Shown here in pieces: positions 25,350-34,990 of a stretch of DNA of 61,048 nt (position 1 is its first letter; every line of letters begins with the position of its first letter). The stretch spans positions 1 through 61,048 of the forward strand of contig CAZWUO010000003.1 of NCBI GenBank assembly GCA_964636675.1. Direction: 5' to 3'. Under the pieces are notes generated by a model that searched no databases, was not told the origin of the DNA, and saw only the letters and a program-made list of their open reading frames with translations. Made by a program: the position numbers and the translations under genes. Source of the stretch: an uncultured Ectothiorhodospiraceae bacterium. Lineage in GTDB: Bacteria; Pseudomonadota; Gammaproteobacteria; S012-40.

Positions 25350-26123
25350 ATGAGGAGCCGACGCACTAAAAGCACTAATATCTACGAAAGTTTTTCAGAC
25401 GTATCCCTGCTGATGCTAGCGACTTTTATTTTCTTGATGGTAACCATACTGATTACTTCACGAATGGCACAAGAATATGAAGTTCCCAAGCTCAAAGCAG
25501 AAATTGAGACCTTGAAAAATAAACTCGCTGCTGCCGAACTCGATAAACAATCATTTAGCAGCGCATTAGAGGAAATGGTCGTAGCAGGCGAGGGTAGCGC
25601 AAGCGCGCTTGACAAAGTCGTGGAAACAGCAACCTTTGGACGCAAAGATTTTGATTTATTCATCAAAGGCTTAAAGGAATTGCCGGGTACAGATTTACAT
25701 CTAGTGATTGATGCTTCGGGATCCATGCACGGCCTTACCACGTTCCTCATCCCGATACTCAGGGCAATCGTCATTCGTTCAAATAAAGAGCTTTCAGCCA
25801 TTACATGGTTTTCCGACGGAATCGCTGAAACCTATACGGGAACTCTCGGAGAAATGTTTGACAAGCTAATGTCAGGTGCGCCATTTGGTGGCAACCGTGA
25901 AACCATCGGGAAAGCACTACGCGTAGCCGCACGCAATTCACACGCACCTGGAGCTTACATACTTGTTGGTGACGAACCTTCTGATGACGTTATTTATTAT
26001 TCAGATGTTCCAAGCCCCGTTTTCACCCTACCTTTAGGCCGCTCTGACCCAGAAACCACCCAGGAATACAAAAAAATTGCAGAAAAAACTGATGGACAAA
26101 TGCTTCATCTCGATTTTAAATAG
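25350..26123 (+). CDS. MotB/ZorB-like TM helix plus coiled coil plus von Willebrand A domain
   Basis: YESFSDVSLLMLATFIFL (Asp17); vWA MIDAS LVIDASGSM...VGDEP. Confidence 0.8.
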   Translation: MRSRRTKSTNIYESFSDVSLLMLATFIFLMVTILITSRMAQEYEVPKLKAEIETLKNKLAAAELDKQSFSSALEEMVVAGEGSASALDKVVETATFGRKDFDLFIKGLKELPGTDLHLVIDASGSMHGLTTFLIPILRAIVIRSNKELSAITWFSDGIAETYTGTLGEMFDKLMSGAPFGGNRETIGKALRVAARNSHAPGAYILVGDEPSDDVIYYSDVPSPVFTLPLGRSDPETTQEYKKIAEKTDGQMLHLDFK

Positions 26124-26282
26124 CGATACTTGAAGCTTCGTTTTTTTCATTGACCCTTGGTAGCTATAAGAACCACCCCAGCAAATATATCAAATTGAAA
26201 AACAAGCGGAACGTTTTAGCTATGCGACACATTTTAGGCATAGCATTCCATATATACCTATAAAACAGAGGGACTAATTACT

Positions 26283-26672
26283 GTGATCACTATTCCCGTT
26301 GACACAAAAATAATCGGAAAAATAAAAAGCAAAGGCCCGATTTGTATCGATGGCCACATATCAGGGGATGGCGAAATAAACGGCTATCTGCAATTAGGTA
26401 AAAGTTGCTTATGGCAAGGCGACATCGTAGCCGACTCGATACTCATCGAAGGCAGAGTCGAAGGAAACATCATTGCAACAAAACAACTTAGCATTGCTAC
26501 CGAAGCAGTTATCCATGGTAATATAATCAGCCCAAATATTTTAATAATAAGTGGTGCTGTGGTAAATGGACACCTTATTATGAAAAAACCTGAGACACCT
26601 ATTCGTTTTATCAACCAATCACATGCTTCAACCCCTCGGGCAAATCAGGATAAACAAAAAGCAACGGCATGA
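26283..26672 (+). CDS. Bactofilin (polymer-forming cytoskeletal protein)
   Basis: IDGHISG, GDIVADSILIEGRVEGNI, GAVVNG beta-helix repeats. Confidence 0.88.
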   Translation: MITIPVDTKIIGKIKSKGPICIDGHISGDGEINGYLQLGKSCLWQGDIVADSILIEGRVEGNIIATKQLSIATEAVIHGNIISPNILIISGAVVNGHLIMKKPETPIRFINQSHASTPRANQDKQKATA

Positions 26673-26724
26673 ATTCTAGGGTGTAAGGAATTAACACGCT
26701 ATTCAAAAAGACTACTTTTGTGGC

Positions 26725-28677
26725 TCACATTTTTTTATGATGAGATATTAACAGAACCTCTTCAGACATAGCACCGCTTTCAATTTTCACTAATTTTTTT
26801 TGGCTGGCATCTTCAACGTTATCAAATACAAACCCCGGCCTCACGTCATGCTTAATAGTGACAGGAAAATGCGCGAAGCTACCGATGCTGAGCAGTTTTT
26901 GTTGCGAAATATTGCCTAACCACACCATTTTATTTTCGTTGGTTTCCAGTGTTACTGCTGGCCAGAATCTAATCGTATACTGCGCGTCATCATCTAATCC
27001 TCTTTTGGTAAATTGCAGTGTTTCAAACTTTCCGGCATAAATTTTTGGCAATATCGGCAACTGGTTAATTTCTTTAGTTGCGGAAAACCATTTAAGAAAG
27101 CTAGAAAATGTAAGCTCAATCGGCTCCTCCCACTTTGCTACTTTCAATGTTTGTCTAATTTGATCTGCCGTTGCTGCCCATTGAAACGTAATTGGCAGAA
27201 GGTGCAAATGTTCATCTTTATACACATCGCGCCATGCTCCTTCCCACCAATAATCTGTGTTTACAATACCTAAACCAGCACTTGCGGTTTTTCGATATTC
27301 ATCTTGTAGAAAACCAAAAATTATTCCTATACCAAGCACCACAGCGAGTCCTGAACAGCTGATAAGCAAATGTAATCTCGTAGGAGAACTATGCGCATGG
27401 CGGCGATACGATAAACCAGCAAACACAACCATCATTAACGCAAAAGATAAACCGAATAACCAAGTCGAAACAGAAACATCTCCGTAGTACAAGGCCGAAA
27501 AACTAATCATAAAGGCTAATACACTAGCGATAGAATAAAATACTCTACGCAAAGTTTTACCTAACTCACTCCCTAGCAAAACGGCGAGCACACCCAGCAA
27601 ACCACCACTAACCACTATATGCCAAAGCTTCACATCAAATACAAATGCTGCCAATGCTACTACCAATATGCTTGCAGCCATGGCAACAACAAAATACCAA
27701 AAAGCCTGCATTAACCTAAAGTAAATAAAACCTATTGTTACAGTAAAAAATACAAGGCCAAGAAAAGCAGGACTGCCTAGCTGATCAAATACGCTAAAAA
27801 CTTGATCTAACCAAGAGAAATGAATAGCACTAAAAAATTGCGTTACTATTGAGTTAATGGATACAAAAAAAGGCGACCGATAAAAGACGACTTGGGATAA
27901 TAAAACGCCGAATGAAACCACCAGCACGGCAAACCAAAAAAACAATGCCCCCTGAGGTTTTTTTTTAGAATCAACGAGCTTAACAACTAAAATTTTCGCC
28001 AATGGATGCGCTTCTCCCCAGTGTATAATACTCAAGACCCAAGCATCTAATTTCGGGCCTATTGACTTAGAGAGCTTCTTAACTGTCCAAACTATTGCGA
28101 CTAATAGTACAACGAGAACCACAAACAATATGCCCAACCGAGTAGCTATTTCTGAAGCTAAGCCCAGTGACGCACCGAACGCCACACCAGGCAATAGATA
28201 AGCCGGCGCCCAACCAGCAGCGGAAATAATGTTAAATAAGAAAAACTTTTTCGGCCGCATTTGCATCATGCCAGCAATCGTGGGAACTACGGCGCGCAAC
28301 GGGCCGACAAAACGTCCTAAAACAACACTCTTGCCGCCATGACGTGCAAAAAAAACTTTTCCGTTTTCTAGCAAATGCTTTTTTTTCTTAAACGGCCATA
28401 TATTAGGAACTAAGTCTTTAAAGTAATAACCGATCCAAAAACTAATGGCATCACCCACTACAGCACCCAGAAAAGCTAACAGCAGAGTCTCCCATAACCC
28501 TAGGAAACCAGTTCCTACGAGCGCACCAAAACTCAGCATAATGAAGGCACCCGGCACGAGCACACCAACCACGAGCAGGGACTCTGCCATAGCAACGATA
28601 AACACCATCACTCCGGCCCATACTGGGTTATCTTGTAACCAGTTAAAGAAAGGTTGTAAGTCGGTTAAGAAATCCAT
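26725..28677 (-). CDS. DedA/VTT family protein fused to degenerate PAP2-like and LssY-like domains
   Basis: AESLLVVGVLVPG, GDAISFWIG, GRFVGPLRA; multi-TM middle; soluble C-terminus. Confidence 0.85.
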   Translation of the reverse strand: MDFLTDLQPFFNWLQDNPVWAGVMVFIVAMAESLLVVGVLVPGAFIMLSFGALVGTGFLGLWETLLLAFLGAVVGDAISFWIGYYFKDLVPNIWPFKKKKHLLENGKVFFARHGGKSVVLGRFVGPLRAVVPTIAGMMQMRPKKFFLFNIISAAGWAPAYLLPGVAFGASLGLASEIATRLGILFVVLVVLLVAIVWTVKKLSKSIGPKLDAWVLSIIHWGEAHPLAKILVVKLVDSKKKPQGALFFWFAVLVVSFGVLLSQVVFYRSPFFVSINSIVTQFFSAIHFSWLDQVFSVFDQLGSPAFLGLVFFTVTIGFIYFRLMQAFWYFVVAMAASILVVALAAFVFDVKLWHIVVSGGLLGVLAVLLGSELGKTLRRVFYSIASVLAFMISFSALYYGDVSVSTWLFGLSFALMMVVFAGLSYRRHAHSSPTRLHLLISCSGLAVVLGIGIIFGFLQDEYRKTASAGLGIVNTDYWWEGAWRDVYKDEHLHLLPITFQWAATADQIRQTLKVAKWEEPIELTFSSFLKWFSATKEINQLPILPKIYAGKFETLQFTKRGLDDDAQYTIRFWPAVTLETNENKMVWLGNISQQKLLSIGSFAHFPVTIKHDVRPGFVFDNVEDASQKKLVKIESGAMSEEVLLISHHKKM

Positions 28678-28794
28678 TTCTCGGCGGAGACGGCTCCTTG
28701 ATCAGAAAGGCTGATGGTTCTTACATCTATTTGCAAAGAACAGCTGAAGAGTGTTCTCTGCTTAAAACAGCTCAAAGCTCTGCGCACAGAAAAG

Positions 28795-30075
28795 CTATAA
28801 TATCGCAAACGCTTTTTCAGCCGCTGCAACTGTCGCTGAAATATCTTCATCCGAATGCGCGCCCGACACAAAACCCGTTTCGTAAGCAGATGGCGCCAGA
28901 TATACACCCAATTCAAGCATTTTGTGATAAAACTTTTTAAACCTCGCAAGATCACATTTTGTCACTTGTTCAAATGTTGTAATAGTGGAATCTTCAGTGA
29001 AGAAGAACCCGAACATCCCGCCCACCTGATTCGTTGTCAATGGAATACCCGCTGATTTTGCGGCTTCTTCAAGCCCAATGCATAATGATTCTGCTTTACG
29101 CGATAAACCCTCATGAAACCCTGGTTGTGCAGCTAATCTTAAAGTCTGCATTCCAGCTGCCATAGAAATCGGATTACCTGACAATGTACCTGCTTGATAT
29201 ACCGGGCCTAAGGGCGCAATCTTTTCCATTATTTCGCGCTTGCCACCAAAAGCCCCTACCGGCATCCCACCACCGATCACTTTACCCAAGGTTGTCATGT
29301 CGGGTCTTACCTCGTAATGCCCCTGCGCTCCACCTAAGGAAACCCGAAACCCAGTCATAACTTCATCAAAAATTAACACGCTGCCAAATTCATCACATAC
29401 ATCGCGCAAACCCTGTAAAAAACCCGGCACAGGCAGTATACAATTCATATTTCCAGCAACCGGTTCCACGATAATACACGCAACTTCATGACCAATTTCG
29501 CTGAAAACCTGCCTAACTTGCGCAATGTCGTTAAAGTTAAGCGTTATCGTATGCTCCGCCAAACTCAGGGGAACACCCGGCGAAGTCGGCACACCTAAGG
29601 TCAATGCTCCGGAGCCTGCTTTTACGAGAAGAGAATCGGAATGACCATGATAACAACCTTCAAACTTAACCACTTTATCTCTGCCCGTAAAACCACGAGC
29701 AAGCCGAATAGCGCTCATGGTTGCTTCAGTACCTGAGTTTACCATGCGCACTAAATCCATGGAGGGCACAAGCTCGCACACCAAATCCGCCATTTCAGTT
29801 TCAATTGAAGTGGGCGCACCAAACCCCAATCCGTTATCCACTGCCGCTTTGACCGCAGCGATGACTTCCGGATGAGCATGTCCCGCAATCATTGGCCCCC
29901 ACGAAGCAACATAATCAATGTAATTATTTCCATCCTCATCGGTAAGATAAGCACCCTGTCCATTTTTGAAAAATACCGGATCTCCGCCGACACCCTTGAA
30001 AGCTCGAACGGGTGAATTAACACCACCCGGAATACATTTTTGGGCTGCTACAAATAAATCGTGTGAGCGCGTCAT
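28795..30075 (-). CDS. hemL: Glutamate-1-semialdehyde 2,1-aminomutase
   Basis: [27 protein letters not shown]. Confidence 0.98.
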   Translation of the reverse strand: MTRSHDLFVAAQKCIPGGVNSPVRAFKGVGGDPVFFKNGQGAYLTDEDGNNYIDYVASWGPMIAGHAHPEVIAAVKAAVDNGLGFGAPTSIETEMADLVCELVPSMDLVRMVNSGTEATMSAIRLARGFTGRDKVVKFEGCYHGHSDSLLVKAGSGALTLGVPTSPGVPLSLAEHTITLNFNDIAQVRQVFSEIGHEVACIIVEPVAGNMNCILPVPGFLQGLRDVCDEFGSVLIFDEVMTGFRVSLGGAQGHYEVRPDMTTLGKVIGGGMPVGAFGGKREIMEKIAPLGPVYQAGTLSGNPISMAAGMQTLRLAAQPGFHEGLSRKAESLCIGLEEAAKSAGIPLTTNQVGGMFGFFFTEDSTITTFEQVTKCDLARFKKFYHKMLELGVYLAPSAYETGFVSGAHSDEDISATVAAAEKAFAIL

Positions 30076-30076
30076 T

Positions 30077-30697
30077 TTATTTCCTTTTGAATAAATTCAC
30101 ATAAGCCAGCGCCGCTTTTTGCGTATCAGCTGCGCCGAAAATTCCATCAATTACCGCAAGCATGTCTACGCCTGTCGCAATCAATTCTTTACCATTGTCT
30201 GGTGTAATTCCACCAATAGCCACGATGGGAATAACAATTTTTTCTTGTGCAGCCAATAATAACGCCTTGTCTGCTGGCACCGCATTAGGCTTTGTTCGTG
30301 AAACAAAAAATCGACCAAATGCTACATAATCAGCACCTTGCTGCTGTGCTTTGATCGCTAAATTTATATCGTTATAACAAGAAACGCCGATGATTTTATC
30401 CGGCAGCCGATTTCTCGCGACCCGGATATTCACATCATCTTTGCCAATATGCACACCATCAGCAGCCGATTTCACAGCTAAATCAACATCATCATTAATG
30501 ATAAAAAATGCACGATACAGGCTACAGAGTTCTTTCAATTTCAATGCGATACGCAAACTATCATGCGCTACCAAGTTTTTATCACGAAACTGAATGACTT
30601 TAGCGCCCGCTAAAAGTGCTATTTCGATTTTTTGCAGTAAAAAATTATCGTCACGTGTAATAACATATAAACCTTTAAAATCGCTTTTAGTCTTCAT
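30077..30697 (-). CDS. thiE: Thiamine-phosphate synthase
   Basis: QFRDK, IINDD, GVHIG, SRTKP, AIGGI. Confidence 0.95.
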   Translation of the reverse strand: MKTKSDFKGLYVITRDDNFLLQKIEIALLAGAKVIQFRDKNLVAHDSLRIALKLKELCSLYRAFFIINDDVDLAVKSAADGVHIGKDDVNIRVARNRLPDKIIGVSCYNDINLAIKAQQQGADYVAFGRFFVSRTKPNAVPADKALLLAAQEKIVIPIVAIGGITPDNGKELIATGVDMLAVIDGIFGAADTQKAALAYVNLFKRK

Positions 30698-31505
30698 CCA
30701 CTAAATCGCTTTGTGCCCAAAAATAGCGATTAGGTAAATATTGCCCCATTCCGAGACGACGCGCATTTTTCAATGCCTGCCAAGTAAACTCCTGAGCCTC
30801 ATGCACCGCAGACAATGGATCGATTCCTTGCGCCAACAAAGCGGCAATTGAGGAGGACAAAGTACAACCGGAACCATGATAGGTTTGCGGCAAACGCTCC
30901 CAAGTATAGGTATCTAAAATTCGGCTGTTGCCATAAAAAGTGTTGATAACTTTTTCGGTATTTTCGTGCGTTCCTGTGATTAACACATACTCACAGCCAA
31001 AATCCATGAGCTCATGAGCACATGCATCCAAATTATCCGCCTCAGAACATAATATTCTTGCTTCCAAACTGTTAGGAGTCATCACCGTGGAAAGTGGTGC
31101 TAACAAACTCAGCATGGCTTGCTGGATCTCCCCATCCGCCAATTCTTCGCCACCGCCCGAGGACAGTATTGGATCAAAAACAACAGGCAAACTAGGATAA
31201 TCTAAAAGAATGGAGTGTATTACTTCTACTGCTTCTACACTGCCAAGCATCCCTATCTTAATCGCACTAACCGGCATATCTTCTAAAACCGCCCGCGCCT
31301 GCTCAGTAATTGTGGTTAAATCAACCGGCATATACCCAAGCACGTTCTGAGTATCTTGAATCGTTAATGCGGTTATTACGGTGGCTGCATGCCCTCCCAT
31401 AGACGCAATAGACTCAATATCTGCCTGAATACCGGCTCCTCCGGTAGGATCATTTCCTGCGAAAGTCATTATCACTGGAATCTCAAACTGGTTCTCAGTC
31501 TCCAC
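30687..31505 (-). CDS. thiD: Hydroxymethylpyrimidine/phosphomethylpyrimidine kinase
   Basis: GNDPTGGAGIQAD, KIGMLG, HGSGCTL. Confidence 0.93.
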   Translation of the reverse strand: METENQFEIPVIMTFAGNDPTGGAGIQADIESIASMGGHAATVITALTIQDTQNVLGYMPVDLTTITEQARAVLEDMPVSAIKIGMLGSVEAVEVIHSILLDYPSLPVVFDPILSSGGGEELADGEIQQAMLSLLAPLSTVMTPNSLEARILCSEADNLDACAHELMDFGCEYVLITGTHENTEKVINTFYGNSRILDTYTWERLPQTYHGSGCTLSSSIAALLAQGIDPLSAVHEAQEFTWQALKNARRLGMGQYLPNRYFWAQSDLVDED

Positions 31506-31634
31506 TGCACACCTCTCGCATAATCAAACGCCTGATTATACCGACACCTTAGGCCTTGCTTCAAAATAAATTCGATGTTAAACATTTGCTACAACGCTTG
31601 CGCGACTTCACCTACTAACACATTGGGAGCCATT

Positions 31635-32291
31635 ATGGTGTACTGGAATGAAATCGAGTCCGTTTTTCTCGATATGGATGGAACCTTGCTCGATTTACAT
31701 TTTGATGATCATTTTTGGCAAGAGTTAGTCCCTCGCGAATACGCCAAAAAGCAGCAGATTACGCTTGAGCGATCTCGCCACCAACTACAACCTATATTTC
31801 GCAAACATGAAGGCACATTGAATTGGTATTGCCTGGATTTTTGGAGCCGAGAATTAAAATTAGACATCCCTAAGCTCAAAGCCGAAATGTCAGACCTTAT
31901 TGCGATTCACGCGGGAGTAATCGAATTTTTGCTCGCTGTCCGCCGTAGCGGTCGACGTATTGCGCTAATTACCAATGCTCATGGCGTTGCTTTAGAATTA
32001 AAGATGAGAGTGACCGGATTAACCAACTATTTTGATAACATCATTTGCGCTCATGATATCGGCTTACCGAAAGAACAGCCAATTTTCTGGGAAAAACTCC
32101 AGGCTATTGAACCCTTTAGCGTCAAAAAAACCTTGTTTATAGATGACAACGTAGCAGTATTGCAAAGTGCTAAACAGGCCGGCCTCCGGCATTTATTGAC
32201 CATACAAAAGCCCTCTAGCAAGAAACCCATCAGAAAGATCAAAGAATTTCCTATGCTTGATAACTTTATCTCTATTTGCCCCAAAAGTTAA
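31635..32291 (+). CDS. yrfG: GMP/IMP nucleotidase (HAD family)
   Basis: LDMDGTLLDLHFD..FW, GTLNWYCLDFW, FIDDN. Confidence 0.9.
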   Translation: MVYWNEIESVFLDMDGTLLDLHFDDHFWQELVPREYAKKQQITLERSRHQLQPIFRKHEGTLNWYCLDFWSRELKLDIPKLKAEMSDLIAIHAGVIEFLLAVRRSGRRIALITNAHGVALELKMRVTGLTNYFDNIICAHDIGLPKEQPIFWEKLQAIEPFSVKKTLFIDDNVAVLQSAKQAGLRHLLTIQKPSSKKPIRKIKEFPMLDNFISICPKS

Positions 32292-32446
32292 TCTCCGTTG
32301 ATGTCGATGTATAAGATAGAAGCCTAAGGACTCTATAAACCAAACACTTTGGGTATATAGGCTCGCTCTTCGAATCCGGCTAACTATCTGCATTAATTAT
32401 TATAGCCCTACAAAAAACCTAGCTTTAGGTGCAAGGAGCATAACGC

Positions 32447-33709
32447 GTGTCACGATTATTCACTGAAGCAAAACGTCGTTTAAAAACCGCTTCGAAGTAC
32501 ATTGATATCGACCCAGATGTATTAGAAAAACTCAAATATCCACAAGAAACCCTATCTGCAAGTTTACTCATTAGAATGGACGATGGTTCTCGAAGATCAT
32601 TCAAGGCCTGGCGCTGTCGATACGATGATACACGTGGCCCGACTAAAGGCGGCATACGGTTTTATCCAACGGTTTGCCTCGATGAAATTATGGCCTTGTC
32701 TTTTTGGATGACCTTTAAGTGTGCGGTGGCAAATCTACCCTTCGGAGGCGGCAAAGGCGGTGTTGCGGTAAACGCTCAAAAGCTCTCAAAATCTGAGCTT
32801 GAAAAACTGTCGCGCACCTATGTAAAAGCCTTTAGCAAATTCATTGGACCAGATCGCGATATCCCTGCCCCTGACATGTACACCAATTCGATGGTAATGG
32901 GATGGATGGCTGATGAATACAGCGCCATCGTCGGCCAACCAAGTCCCGCGGTAATCACCGGAAAACCGATTGAGTTAGGTGGCTCTCAAGGCAGAGATGA
33001 CGCTACTGGATACGGCGGATATCTCGTCATTCGGCACTTAGAAAAAGAAATGGGCCTGCATCCCGAAAAATCTTCCGTTATTGTCCAGGGCTTTGGCAAC
33101 GCTGGGTATCACTGCGCTCGCTTACTACACCAAGATGGCTATACCATTATTGGCATCTCCGATTCCAAAACCGGTTTATATGACCCCAGCGGATTAGATC
33201 CTATCGCCTTATATGCTAACAAAAAAAAATACGGTTCATTATTTAATGAATGTACACCACCAAGCACTACCCAAATGACAAACCATAAACTACTGGAAAA
33301 AAACTGTGATCTACTCATTCCTGCAGCTTTAGAAAATCAGATCACCGTACAAAATGCAGATAATATAAAAGCGTCCATTATTTGCGAACTCGCCAACGGC
33401 CCAATCACCTCAGGAGCAGATGAAATACTGGTAAAAAACAATATCATCGTCATTCCCGATATACTCGCCAACGCTGGAGGAGTGATTGTTTCGTATTTTG
33501 AATGGGTGCAGAATAAAGCAGGCTATTATTGGGAAGAAGACGAAGTAAGATCAAAACTCAAACAACGGATTGAGCCTGAAGCACATAAAATATGGAGCCT
33601 AAAACTCAAACTGAGTGTAGACATGCGCACAGCCGCCTATATTCTTGCTTTAGAAAGAATTAACGCTGCGGTATCAGCCCATGGAACCAAGGCATTTTTT
33701 GTTTCATAA
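32447..33709 (+). CDS. gdhA: Glu/Leu/Phe/Val dehydrogenase, probably glutamate dehydrogenase
   Basis: GPTKGGIRF, PFGGGKGG, DIPAPD, QGFGNAG, NAGGVIVSYFEWVQN. Confidence 0.92.
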   Translation: MSRLFTEAKRRLKTASKYIDIDPDVLEKLKYPQETLSASLLIRMDDGSRRSFKAWRCRYDDTRGPTKGGIRFYPTVCLDEIMALSFWMTFKCAVANLPFGGGKGGVAVNAQKLSKSELEKLSRTYVKAFSKFIGPDRDIPAPDMYTNSMVMGWMADEYSAIVGQPSPAVITGKPIELGGSQGRDDATGYGGYLVIRHLEKEMGLHPEKSSVIVQGFGNAGYHCARLLHQDGYTIIGISDSKTGLYDPSGLDPIALYANKKKYGSLFNECTPPSTTQMTNHKLLEKNCDLLIPAALENQITVQNADNIKASIICELANGPITSGADEILVKNNIIVIPDILANAGGVIVSYFEWVQNKAGYYWEEDEVRSKLKQRIEPEAHKIWSLKLKLSVDMRTAAYILALERINAAVSAHGTKAFFVS

Positions 33710-33768
33710 GAGCTATTTTTGCAAGGGCTTTTTTATAAGAACTGTTTAAAAGAGTTAGTGCGAATCAA

Positions 33769-33933
33769 TCACCCTCCAATGACCCCGTAAAAAGCCCCGA
33801 CTAATAATACAAGCAACACCGTAGCGATGGAAAACATAGCAACAGACAAAACTTGAGAAACTGATCGCAGCTTATATGCAATCAAAAACAATAAACCTAT
33901 AATCAGCAGCAATATCAAATATGCACGAGACAT
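33769..33933 (-). CDS. 54-aa two-TM microprotein (not in ORF track)
   Basis: MSRAYLILLLIIGLLFLIAYKLRSVSQVLSVAMFSIATVLLVLLVGAFYGVIGG; directly downstream of the DUF4340 gene. Confidence 0.55.
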   Translation of the reverse strand: MSRAYLILLLIIGLLFLIAYKLRSVSQVLSVAMFSIATVLLVLLVGAFYGVIGG

Positions 33934-33966
33934 AATGCCCTAGCCCTATAGTCAAATAAATCAAAC

Positions 33967-34989
33967 CTATTCTACCGTTTTATCTTGTACAAGGGCAGCC
34001 CGTGTCATGCGGAAGTTTTCACTCTTATGCTGAGGTATCTCAAACACCCAGGCTTCAAGGTCTTGGGGTAAATCAGCGAGCGAACTATCCGGAGCTACAT
34101 CATTTAGGGCGATATCAAACCACAACATAAGCTTATCATCTATCTCAACACTTGAAACAGTTAATACTTCGCCAGAAATTAAAGAATACTTTGCAGTCAC
34201 TACAGCGAGTGAATCAGCAACAAAATCCGCTTTATTCATAACGTCAATAAATTGCAGACTGTTAAGAGCATTGGCGATATTATCCAGATTTTTACCCGTT
34301 GCCAAGGTTTGATTATCCGCTAAATCGAGCAAAGAAAAATTGATCTCATTTTCACCACGCGTGATATGAACATTACCCCCATCAGCATGAGTGATCTCAA
34401 CTGAGGCAATTTTTTCCTTGTCAATATCCGTTATTTTTTTATCCAACCAATCAAGCGCTTGAGTAGCAAGCGTTACACCGCCGTCAAGCTGCCATACTTG
34501 CGGACTATCGATCCGTCTTGCAAATAAAGTAGACTTCCCTAAACCCTGGCTTTTTTGATTCCCCACAATAATAGCGGCAAGCTCTACGTCATCCTGTCCG
34601 TAAATAGTGACTTGTTTGCTGGTAGCGCCCGCACTCGAAATATCCTCAACACCTAGCTTCGCATAGTTCTTCATTTTTTTGGTTTTTTGGGCCAAAATCG
34701 TCAACTCTGATAACTCAATAAGTAGTTTTCTGAGCTGTGAAAAATCGACAACATAATTGGATTTCTGTTTAAGCTTCCATACACCGCCATCACTATAAAC
34801 TGTTAGTTTCTCACCATCTGCAACCTGAATATCAATGGAAGCAACATCATTAATATTTTTTCCCAACTCGGGTAAAAACAGTTTAGTTTCTTCAGTCACA
34901 TCCTCTTTTTCATCAATGAAAAAAGTTAAACCAGCGAGACCAATAACGACAAAAAATAATACAATAATTCCTTTATTCATAATTTCCAA
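33967..34989 (-). CDS. DUF4340-type periplasmic accessory protein of the ABC system
   Basis: N-terminal TM, LFLPEL, WLDKKI; standard position after a GldG-like gene. Confidence 0.8.
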   Translation of the reverse strand: MEIMNKGIIVLFFVVIGLAGLTFFIDEKEDVTEETKLFLPELGKNINDVASIDIQVADGEKLTVYSDGGVWKLKQKSNYVVDFSQLRKLLIELSELTILAQKTKKMKNYAKLGVEDISSAGATSKQVTIYGQDDVELAAIIVGNQKSQGLGKSTLFARRIDSPQVWQLDGGVTLATQALDWLDKKITDIDKEKIASVEITHADGGNVHITRGENEINFSLLDLADNQTLATGKNLDNIANALNSLQFIDVMNKADFVADSLAVVTAKYSLISGEVLTVSSVEIDDKLMLWFDIALNDVAPDSSLADLPQDLEAWVFEIPQHKSENFRMTRAALVQDKTVE

Positions 34990-34990
34990 C

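Noticed and set aside
24333-26123. Zorya defence system or flagellar stator
   Set aside because: B subunit has vWA rather than an OmpA-like domain; no zorC/D/E or flagellar genes nearby
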